Assembly (NCBI GenBank): GCA_040756875.1
Contig: JBFLYH010000001.1
Coordinates: 416,001 to 480,000, forward strand
DNA: 64,000 nucleotides
Direction of reading: 5' to 3'
Source: a candidate division FCPU426 bacterium
GTDB taxonomy: Bacteria; Oederibacteriota; JAAXVQ01; JAUVAV01
Shown one piece after another: positions 41,669 to 51,300 of this stretch (position 1 is its first letter; every line of letters begins with the position of its first letter). The translations under genes and the position numbers were made by a program. The notes beneath the pieces were generated by a model that was not told the DNA's origin, ran no database searches, and worked only from the letters and a program-made list of their open reading frames with translations.

Positions 41669-44600
41669 ATGAAACGATTTAACCGTATCATAGGGGTCGT
41701 CGGGTGGCTGGTCGCGGGTATCAGCCTGGCGTCAAGCCTGCAGGCCGATACTTTTACTGAAAATTTTACCTCCACCACGTTTAAAGACGAATCCCAGACC
41801 AGCGCATTGTGGGATACCACGGGCAGCGGCGAGTTGCGGTTGTATTCCACGGATACTTTCAGCCGTCCCTCGGGCGTCATCAACTGGGGCGGCCAGATCA
41901 ACACCATCAGGGAAAACAGCGGTTATTGGCTCCTGGGCGGAAACGGCGGCCGCCTGAATAGTTATAACGGCACTTCTTTTACCAACCTCAGCGATTCCCT
42001 GGAAGGATTTTCCGGAAACAACATTCTGACCATCGGCTATGGCAACGGCTATTGGCTGATCGGCGGCAGCGGCCAGAAACTCAACCAGTTTAATGGAACG
42101 GTTTTTACGGATTATTCCTCCAGCCTGGTCAATTGGTCCGGCGCGGATGTGCGGGCCGCGGCTTATGGCGCGGGAACGGACAATTTCTGGCTGGTCCTGG
42201 GCAGCAACGGCAAGCTGAACCGCTACAACGGCACCTCCTTCGCCGACCTGTCGGGCAGCGCCGGCTTCTGGGGCAGCACCACCACGGGCTATGCCGTGGC
42301 GTTCAACGGCACCTACTGGCTCCTGGGCGGCAGCAACGGTTACCTGGTGAGGTACCAGAGCGGGACGTTCACGCCCCTCTCGGCCTGGGGCAGCGGCATT
42401 GTGTATTCGATCGCGTGGGACAGCAGCAGCAGCCAGTGGCTGATCGGCGGTTCGGGCGGCCGGCTGCTGTCCTACAACGGGACCAGCTTCACCAATCAAT
42501 CCGGCAAGGTCAGCACGTTCAATAATATCTATAAAATTGCCCATAATGGGAGCTACTGGCTGCTGGTGGGGAATGACACGACAGGCGCGAGCGAAGTGTA
42601 TTCGATGTCGAATGATTTCGCCACCTACTACGACCGGTCGGCGAACCTGGTCAACATGGGCGCGAGTTTGCCGTTGTATGCAGTGGCCGGAAACAGCACG
42701 GAATGGCTGCTGGGCGGCGCCGAAGCCAAGCTGAACAACCATACCGGCAGCCTGAGCTCTACAACCTTTGAGGACCGCAGCGGAAACTTAGTGGGCTTTG
42801 GCATTGATGATATCTACGGCGCGGATTACAACTCCACGGACCGGTACTGGATCTTTGTCGGCGCCAACAAGGACATCAACCGTTACAACGGCGTGTCGTT
42901 CGAGGATATGAGCAATACCCTGGTCGGTTTTTCCACTTCGGATGCGGTCCGTTGCGTGGCCTACAATTCCACGGGCAATTACTGGCTGATCGGCGGCGCT
43001 AACGGCCGGCTGAACCGTTTCAACGGCACTTCCTGCACGGATTTGACCAGCAGCCTGGGTTTCGGGGCCGGCGTGGCGGTGAACGCCATCCGCTGGAACG
43101 GCAGCCTGTGGCTGATCGGCGGGGACAGCGCCCGGCTCAGCAGCTACAACGGAACGAGTTTCACCTCGCTGACCCTGAATAATTTCAGTCCCTCGGGCTC
43201 CGGAGAAGCCGTGCGGGCTATCGACAGCATGAGCGGCTACTGGCTGATTGGCGGCGCCAACGGCTGCATCAACCGCTACAATGGAACGAGTTTTTCCGAC
43301 CTGAGGGCCAATTTGCAGGCGACCTGGGGCGGGTATTACAACGTCAACTCCATCAGCAACGACGGAACTTATTTTTGGGTGGGTGGAAACAGCTCCCAGG
43401 TGGCGAATTACCTGGCTTTGGTGAACATTTTCCAGAGTTATTCGTCGCTGGCGGGCCAGGTTTTCGGCACCAAGCACATCCTGTCGGTCTATTGGAGTTC
43501 GACCCGGAACGCGCTTTTTTTGGGCGGCCAGGGAGCTACCTTTGCCCAGCTGACCTTGCCAGATACGATACAAGATTATTCCGGCGAACTGATCAGTTTC
43601 GGAGCTTCGGACATCAACAGTGTAGCCTTAGGGGCGGATGCATTCATGCTCAGCGGTGTGAACGCGCGCTTGAACCGCTACGGGCCTGAATATGAACAGC
43701 CCAAGTGGGGGCAATCCACGATTGTGGCCACCTCGCCGGAATTTTTCTATTCCGTCACCTTGACTGCTACGGACGACACGCCGCCGGGCACCAGCATCAA
43801 TTATTGGATGACAGCCAACGGCCAGCTGCCTGACCCGCATGCGTACTGGATCCAGGTCACGCCCGGTGTGGCGACGATTTTCTCCGGACTATACGAGGGC
43901 ACGCGATTGAAGTGGAAAGCCGAATTGACCACCACGAATATCAGCGATACGCCCCGGGTGTTCCAGTTGAATATCGAATATTACCTGCCGCCGACGCCCA
44001 CGCCGACCCATACGGTCACACCCACGGCCACCCAGACGCCGACGGATACGGCCACCTATACGGCCACGCCTACCACCACGCCGACCTTCACACCCACGCC
44101 GACTGACACTTTTACCAGCACGGACACCCCGACGATCACACCGACCCCGACCGTGACGCCTACGGACACGGATACGCCGACCTGGACGCCCACGCGCACC
44201 TATACGCCCACGGTTACTCCGACCGATACACCGACATTTACGGCTACACCGACAGATACGTATACGTCCACGGCTACGCCCACCGATACGCCGACCGATA
44301 CGGCCACATGGACCTACACGCCGACCGACACGCCGACCTTCACCGCCACTCCGACTGCCACGCCTACTGCGACCGCGACGTTTACCGCCACCCCGACCTC
44401 CACCATCAGCCCCACTTCGACCATGACCCCGACGGACACGGACACGCCCACCATCACGCCCACGCCCACGGAGATCATTTTCTCTGCGACCATCACGCCA
44501 ACGTCCACCATTTCGCCGACGATGACCGATACGCCCACCATGACCAGCACTTTCACCGCAACGCCCACGGACACGGACACCTATACCGCCACGCCGACGT

Positions 44601-47600
44601 TCACGACCACGCCCACGGATACGGATACGCCGACCCGGACTTCTACCGTCACGCCCACGGACACGGTCACCAGCACCATGACCCGCACGCCCACGCCTAC
44701 GATCACATTGACCGACACGCCCACGTTGACGATCACTCCGACGTATACTTCCACTTATACCGATACGCCGACCTTTACGGCTACGCCAACCGTTACTCCG
44801 ACCTTTACCATGACCGCGACGGATTCCGCGACTCCCACAATCACGCCGACCGCCACGGATACCTACACCATTACGTTCACTTCGACATCGACTTTCACGC
44901 CCAGTATTACGCCGACCATGACCATGACCCCGGTCTTGAGCCCGACTTCCACGCCCACGGTGACCGTGACCCATACGTGGACTGCCAGTCCTACGGCCAC
45001 CCCCAATCCGGCTTTCACTTTCTACTATGGCTCGCTGATCATTCCCATGGACACGGCCTCCGGCCGCACCAACCAGGACCGCGGCATGTGGCGGGCATAC
45101 GGTCTGGTCTACCGTCTGCTGTCGAACGGAATCCCAGTGCACTGGGCGATTAAATCCTATAAAACGTATGAGGAGACGGACTTTACCTGCACCCAAACAC
45201 GCGACATCCGGACCCTGGCCAATTACACCAACCCCAGCTATAACGGCGGGCCATTCGTGATCGAAGCCGGCAACTCCACGGAGGCCGTGGCCCTCATCAC
45301 GGCCTGGAACCTGGGGCAGACGAACATCGTGCAGGTGCACCAGTACACGGACAACACCCAGCCGTTCACCGCGCCCATTTTCCGCAAACTCAAGGCCGCC
45401 CCCAAGCTCGCGATCTATCACAATTCCGACCCGCGCGACACCTGGACTTCGGCGCGCAATTACTTGAATGCCGCTGGAATCCGCGATACCAACGGCAATA
45501 ATTGGCCGGATACGTCGCCAGATGTGCTGGATGAAGCGGAAATGGCCGGACCCACGACCAGCAATCATCATGACGGCGCCCTGTTCCTGTCCGCGGACGG
45601 ATTGCCCAAGTACAGTCTGCTCATCAACATGCACTGGAGCGCCTACCCAGTCGGCCGCTATGGCGGAGGCGGGGGGATCGATTACTATGAAGGGCTGAAT
45701 AACGCCCAAGCCACGGCCAATGCGGCTGACAGCGTGGCGGAGCTGGCAACCTACCTGACTTATGGAAGCGCGCACGTTTACGCCCAGTGCATTTCCGTGG
45801 CAGCCTTCGAGAACGATATCATTTCGACCACGCCGACGGCGCAATCCGATTGGATTTACGGGGGCTACGGGCGCTGGCTGACCACGAACGGCGTCAATGA
45901 CACCAGCACGATCCCGACGGATTTCCACAATAACCTGCCGGACGCGCCGGCCGGGCAGGCAACCGGGGCCTGGACTTATCTGCCTTCCTCGTCGCAGGCG
46001 GCGTTCGGCCTGGCAGCCGGGAGCACCTTCTACGGCGGCGAATCATCTTTGCTCGTCATTGACCGCAACAGCACCACCTATCCATACCTGTTCATGAACG
46101 GCCATTATCAGGGGATCACGAGCGCGGGCAAGGCATCGTACCTGATCGGGCACGAATCCAGCTATTCACTGCCGTATTCGACGAATAACCGCGCGCCGAT
46201 GATGCGGTATTTCTACAACACCATCTATGAATCCCCGGCGGCTTCAGAAGCGGTACCGGAAATGTATTTGGAAAAAACCGGCCCGTCCGAGGCGGAAATT
46301 GGATCGAGCATTACGTATACAATCACCTATCACAACGTATCCGGCGTGGCTTACAACGTCTCACTGATGGATCCCTACCCGGCCTCGGCGACTTATGTGT
46401 CGAACACAGGCGGTGGCGTGCCGGGCGGCGGCCGTGTAACGTGGACACTGGGGAACCTGGCAGCCGGAACGACTGGCAGCGTAACCGTGACCTACAGCCT
46501 GCAGGATCCGGCGCCGCAGACCGGCTGGACCGATCAGGCCAATGTTGTGTATTTCTCCGGGCCGACGCAGTTCACGCGCTACTCCAACGTCGTGACCACC
46601 CTGGCTGTGGTCTTTACGCCCACACCGACCGTCACGTCCACAGCCACCCACACCGCGACCAGCACAGCCACACCGACCATGACGGACACGCCCACGGCCA
46701 CGGTGACCAGCACGGACACCGAGACCCCCACGGATACACCGACCATCACTCCCACGGACACGGATACACCGACGATAACCGAAACGCCGACTGAGACGGC
46801 CACACCGACTGAAACCTCGACCGACACCGCCACGCCGACTGAAACAGCCACGCTTACCGTCACGCCGACATTTACGACCACTTCAACCGAAACGCCGACG
46901 GATACACCGACCGACACGGCCACAGCCACGGAAACGCCCACGATCACTCCCACGGCGACTTCGACGTTCACCTATACCGCCACCGCCACTCCGACGCCGA
47001 CCGATACCTTCACTGCCACGGCCACGGAAACGCCGACGTACACGTCCACTGCGACTTCCACGCCCACGTTCACGGCAACCGATACGCCTACCGCCACCGC
47101 GACGGTTACTTCGACCTACACCGTGACGCTGACATCGACCATATCGCCCACACCCACGGATACGCCGGAATTGACCGCCACGCCGACGGATACTGAGACC
47201 CAGACCAGCACCGTCACGCCGACGGCCACGGTGACGCCGACAGCGACGGACACGCCCACCGAAACCGCCACGCTGACTTCCACGCCCACTGATACGGAAA
47301 CCGCCACGGCTACAGTGACAGTCACATCCAGTTCGACCTCGACCTGGACGCCGACTGACACGCCGACTGACACGCCTACCCAGACCAGCACCGCGACGCC
47401 CACGGATACAGCCACCGAGACGGAGACGCCGACCTTGACTGTCACTCCCACGGAAACGGTTACGCCCACGCCTTCGGAAACCTTGACGCCGACCGCCACC
47501 CTGACCATCACCTTGACCGCGACTCCGACTGTTACGGCCACCGAGACTTGGACGGTGACCGAAACCTGGACTTCGACTCAGACCTACACACCGGCGGAAA

Positions 47601-48091
47601 CGTTTACCCCCACGCTGACGCCGACCCAGGTTGATTCGCCAACCTCAACATCCACACCCACCATTACGGAAACCAGCACGGCCTCTGCCACCTGGACCGT
47701 CAGTCCGACCATCACCTTGACCGCTACCTGGCAGGCATCAGCCACGCCTACGTCCGTGATTGGTCCCTGGACCCCGACCAGCACGCCCACGCCTACACTT
47801 ACACCCACTGCTTTCGCCGGGCCGGAAGAACCTCTGATTTATCCCAATCCGTTCAATCCAGGGGCAGCCTTTGGCAATGCCCTGAAATTTGATCACTGCC
47901 CGCAGGGAACCAAGATCCGTATATTCACTGTTACCGGCGAATTGGTCAGGAAATTCGAAAGCACAGGCAACAGGGTTCTCTGGGACGGCAAAAATACTCA
48001 ATCCGAGGATGTAGTTAAAGGCATATATATTTACATTATTGATCTGCCGCAGGGAGACAGAAGAGTAGGAAAAATATTCCTGGTTCGCTAA
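41669..48091 (+). CDS. Large secreted protein with the same architecture as paralog 2 and longer stalks (paralog 3)
   Basis: ATG 41669 gives signal peptide MKRFNR..LQA; colinear with 36129-41558; [15 protein letters not shown]. Confidence 0.88.
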   Translation: MKRFNRIIGVVGWLVAGISLASSLQADTFTENFTSTTFKDESQTSALWDTTGSGELRLYSTDTFSRPSGVINWGGQINTIRENSGYWLLGGNGGRLNSYNGTSFTNLSDSLEGFSGNNILTIGYGNGYWLIGGSGQKLNQFNGTVFTDYSSSLVNWSGADVRAAAYGAGTDNFWLVLGSNGKLNRYNGTSFADLSGSAGFWGSTTTGYAVAFNGTYWLLGGSNGYLVRYQSGTFTPLSAWGSGIVYSIAWDSSSSQWLIGGSGGRLLSYNGTSFTNQSGKVSTFNNIYKIAHNGSYWLLVGNDTTGASEVYSMSNDFATYYDRSANLVNMGASLPLYAVAGNSTEWLLGGAEAKLNNHTGSLSSTTFEDRSGNLVGFGIDDIYGADYNSTDRYWIFVGANKDINRYNGVSFEDMSNTLVGFSTSDAVRCVAYNSTGNYWLIGGANGRLNRFNGTSCTDLTSSLGFGAGVAVNAIRWNGSLWLIGGDSARLSSYNGTSFTSLTLNNFSPSGSGEAVRAIDSMSGYWLIGGANGCINRYNGTSFSDLRANLQATWGGYYNVNSISNDGTYFWVGGNSSQVANYLALVNIFQSYSSLAGQVFGTKHILSVYWSSTRNALFLGGQGATFAQLTLPDTIQDYSGELISFGASDINSVALGADAFMLSGVNARLNRYGPEYEQPKWGQSTIVATSPEFFYSVTLTATDDTPPGTSINYWMTANGQLPDPHAYWIQVTPGVATIFSGLYEGTRLKWKAELTTTNISDTPRVFQLNIEYYLPPTPTPTHTVTPTATQTPTDTATYTATPTTTPTFTPTPTDTFTSTDTPTITPTPTVTPTDTDTPTWTPTRTYTPTVTPTDTPTFTATPTDTYTSTATPTDTPTDTATWTYTPTDTPTFTATPTATPTATATFTATPTSTISPTSTMTPTDTDTPTITPTPTEIIFSATITPTSTISPTMTDTPTMTSTFTATPTDTDTYTATPTFTTTPTDTDTPTRTSTVTPTDTVTSTMTRTPTPTITLTDTPTLTITPTYTSTYTDTPTFTATPTVTPTFTMTATDSATPTITPTATDTYTITFTSTSTFTPSITPTMTMTPVLSPTSTPTVTVTHTWTASPTATPNPAFTFYYGSLIIPMDTASGRTNQDRGMWRAYGLVYRLLSNGIPVHWAIKSYKTYEETDFTCTQTRDIRTLANYTNPSYNGGPFVIEAGNSTEAVALITAWNLGQTNIVQVHQYTDNTQPFTAPIFRKLKAAPKLAIYHNSDPRDTWTSARNYLNAAGIRDTNGNNWPDTSPDVLDEAEMAGPTTSNHHDGALFLSADGLPKYSLLINMHWSAYPVGRYGGGGGIDYYEGLNNAQATANAADSVAELATYLTYGSAHVYAQCISVAAFENDIISTTPTAQSDWIYGGYGRWLTTNGVNDTSTIPTDFHNNLPDAPAGQATGAWTYLPSSSQAAFGLAAGSTFYGGESSLLVIDRNSTTYPYLFMNGHYQGITSAGKASYLIGHESSYSLPYSTNNRAPMMRYFYNTIYESPAASEAVPEMYLEKTGPSEAEIGSSITYTITYHNVSGVAYNVSLMDPYPASATYVSNTGGGVPGGGRVTWTLGNLAAGTTGSVTVTYSLQDPAPQTGWTDQANVVYFSGPTQFTRYSNVVTTLAVVFTPTPTVTSTATHTATSTATPTMTDTPTATVTSTDTETPTDTPTITPTDTDTPTITETPTETATPTETSTDTATPTETATLTVTPTFTTTSTETPTDTPTDTATATETPTITPTATSTFTYTATATPTPTDTFTATATETPTYTSTATSTPTFTATDTPTATATVTSTYTVTLTSTISPTPTDTPELTATPTDTETQTSTVTPTATVTPTATDTPTETATLTSTPTDTETATATVTVTSSSTSTWTPTDTPTDTPTQTSTATPTDTATETETPTLTVTPTETVTPTPSETLTPTATLTITLTATPTVTATETWTVTETWTSTQTYTPAETFTPTLTPTQVDSPTSTSTPTITETSTASATWTVSPTITLTATWQASATPTSVIGPWTPTSTPTPTLTPTAFAGPEEPLIYPNPFNPGAAFGNALKFDHCPQGTKIRIFTVTGELVRKFESTGNRVLWDGKNTQSEDVVKGIYIYIIDLPQGDRRVGKIFLVR

Positions 48092-48239
48092 TAATTTCCA
48101 CGAAAATTTCAACCCGGAATAATCGTCTGACAGCCTATTTTTATGGATAAAACGGCTTGTAAATGCTGATATTTTAATGATTGCCGGTTAAGTGCAATGA
48201 ATACACACCGAAAATAAATGAATGAATCCTAGTTTGCGA

Positions 48240-48267
48240 TTGACATATAAGGCTAATCCTTTATAAT
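48240..48267 (+). promoter_or_regulatory. Consensus sigma70 promoter
   Basis: TTGACA-N16-TATAAT, both hexamers exact, ~60 bp upstream of ATG 48328. Confidence 0.75.
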
Positions 48268-48327
48268 GATAGATTGTTAATTCCACATTGAAGCAGAATG
48301 TCAAATAATTTGAAAGGAATGAGACCT

Positions 48328-51300
48328 ATGCCGCTGAAAAACGGTCTTCAACGCCTTCATTTCATATTTACCCCGCTTTTATTAATACCACTGCTGCTGG
48401 CTTCTTCAGCTCAGGCGACCACACAATTCTTGGTCGTGGCGCCTGGCCAAACCTATAACGGCAGCACCCCGCGTTCAGGTTCGCCCAATACCCAGGTGGC
48501 AGGGGAGACATTCTCGATCTCCGTGTATTGCTACGACAATGTCGACAACCTGCCCCGTAACAGCGGCTTGAACCCCACGGATTTATCCTCGAATGCTGTG
48601 CTTGAAACCTTCAACCCGGATCCAGCCACCTTGAACCAGTCTTATGGCGGCGTGTCGAACGCATTGTATACGCCGATTACCGTCAATATCACACCTGCTG
48701 CCACGGGAAATGTGAATGTGACAGCCAATGCCAGCGGCGGCATTTTAGCTGACACGATTTCGATTCCCGTCCAGCGCGTGACCAATTTCGTCTTTACGGC
48801 TCTGGGTCCTTATACCGCCGGCTCAAACGGCACGCTCACCATCGAAGCCCGGGATGCCAGCAACAATCTGTGCACGGCCTATAACGGCACTGTGCACCTG
48901 TATGCCTATGACGCAGGTGTGAATGGAACCACCCGGGATTTGGGCACAGTCAGCTTTTCCAGCGGTGTTTATACCACCAGCACCCTGCTGCTGTACCACG
49001 CCTCGCCGGGCTATGCGCGTATCCGGATCGAAAAAACCAATTCACCGACCGCCCAGTATTCGCCCTCGTTCACCATCAATCCCAATTCCTTTACCCGTTT
49101 GCTGATCATCGGACCGGGCCAGACCATCCGCTGCGGGGAAAACGGCGGCAACGGACGGGCCAGCACTTCCACCACCACCACCGGCCAGACTGCAGGCACG
49201 GGTTTTTCAGTCAATGTGTATGCTTGCGATGATTATTGGAACACCCGCACCGCCGCTTCGACGGTATCGCTGTCCTGCGCCGAGGATCCCATCTTTTCCT
49301 ACGGCGGATCGCAGTCCTTTGGCGGCGGCAGCACGCTGACCTTCGGCGGCGTGACCATGTACACCGTGGGCGACGGTACGCTGACCATGACAGCCAGCGA
49401 CGGCAGTGCCACCAACAGCACGGACAATGTACCCTTGAGTTCTGCTGACTTGGACCACTTCGGCGTGAACAACCTGTCTGGCACCAAAACCGCGGGCACG
49501 GCTTTCACCCTCCAAATAACGGGTTACGACGACTGGGGCAATACAGTCACCACGGTCAGCGGCAACACAACTTTTGAATTGCTGCAGGTGGCCACGCCCA
49601 TTTCCAACACTGCCGGCGCCTGGGTGACCGCGCCGACCGTAGCCAGTGGCAGCTTCACGAGCGGCCGCTACAACGGCACCATGACCATATACCGGGCAGG
49701 CATCAACTACGATGTCCGCATCAGCAATGATTCAGCCGGATTCAGCGGGCCTTTGACCACAACCTATGATTTCACGGTCAACCCGGCTGCTACCTTGCGT
49801 TATTTGTTCATTATGCCCGGCGAAACCTATTGCCCGGGCGAAGACTACGGTCTGGGCTACGGGCACGACGGTACGCCAACGGATGTGACTGCCGGAGTAT
49901 TCCGGTCTGTCAGCGTGTATGTTACTGACTTGTTCGGCAACCGGGCGACGACCTATAACGGCAGTTTCAGCGTATCGCTGCTGCGCACGGACGCCGGCGC
50001 TTCTTTAACTCCGGTTGCGATTTCCGGTGGCTTGGGCTGGGTGAACATGACCCTGACCCGCGCTTATTCAGGCGCCACTCAGCAGCAGTTGATCCCCTCG
50101 GGCGGCACGCCTCTGGCTTTATCGTCTTCCTTATTCAACGTAATATCAAACACCCTGGACCATTTTACTGTCGGCAACATCGGCTCCTCGGTTACGGCCG
50201 GGAACCCCTTCAATGTCAATATTTCAGCCCGGGATGCGTATGAAAACGTGGTGACTTCGTTCTCGGGTCCGGTCTATGTATCCTGCCCGAACCTGGACTA
50301 CCGCAGCCCGGATGACAGTGTGATCGACATTTCCGCATATGGCACGGTGTCAGGCGTGACCTGGACAGTAAGCAGCGGATTCGCCAGCGGCGTGTGGTCG
50401 CATAACATCCAGATTTTCCGCGCCGGGAGTTCGGCAGCCCTGTATGTGGCTGACCAACCCAATGGCACTGGCCATAAAGGCTGGAGCAGCACTTTTCAAG
50501 TTGTGGCGAACGTACATTCCAAGGTGTTCATGATTGTTCCTGGTTTGGAATATAGACCCGGAACCGGCGGCGGGGATGGCATCATGACCGGCGGCTATGC
50601 CGGCACGCCGGATGCCCAGCAGGCTGGCACCGCGTTTTCCGTGACTGTTTACGCCACGGACGATTGGTGGAACCAAGTCAGCTCGTTCGGGCCGTTTACC
50701 ATGTACAGCAGCCCCAACACCTCGAATATCTACGGGACCAACTGGAATTTTAATAATGGGAACACGCGGGTGGCGGTCGTGCTGAATGACGCGGACACAT
50801 ATACACTGACTGCTGATTATGGCATTGACGGCATTGACGATTATACGACGCCCTATACCATCACTTCCATTACCATCAACCGCTTTGTCATCACTTATCC
50901 TTGGACCGGAGGCCCCAGTTTGCCGAATGTCCGGGCCGGCGTACCGATATTCATCTCAATCACAGCTTATGCTGATGCCGGGTCCACCATTGCCACCACG
51001 TTTAACGGCCAGGCCAATCTGGTCACGACCGCAGACTGGGAAGAACCTTTCCGCGTCATTAGCCCCCAGCGCATCACATTTGCGAGCGGTGTCTGGTGGG
51101 GTTATATCACCTTGTATCGCGCTTTCGACAATATCACCATCTCCTGTAAGTTGGGTAGCGTCCCCTCGAATATTCCCAATAACCCGTCAATCTGCCATGC
51201 GGCTGCCAACCGTATGCTGATCCTGGCCACGGGCATGAACGCCAAAGCTGGCATTGCACCAGACACCTATCCCACAGGCGGATTCCCCGGATATACTGGA

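Noticed and set aside
32320-47808. Minus-strand VGVAV-rich ORFs and alternative-frame HAD/HGH-rich ORFs
   Set aside because: Shadows of the Thr/Pro codon repeats.
32273-47810. Periodic DNA as CRISPR arrays or non-coding satellites
   Set aside because: No constant repeat with unique spacers; the periodicity is in-frame Thr/Pro coding with third-position variation, and there are no cas genes.
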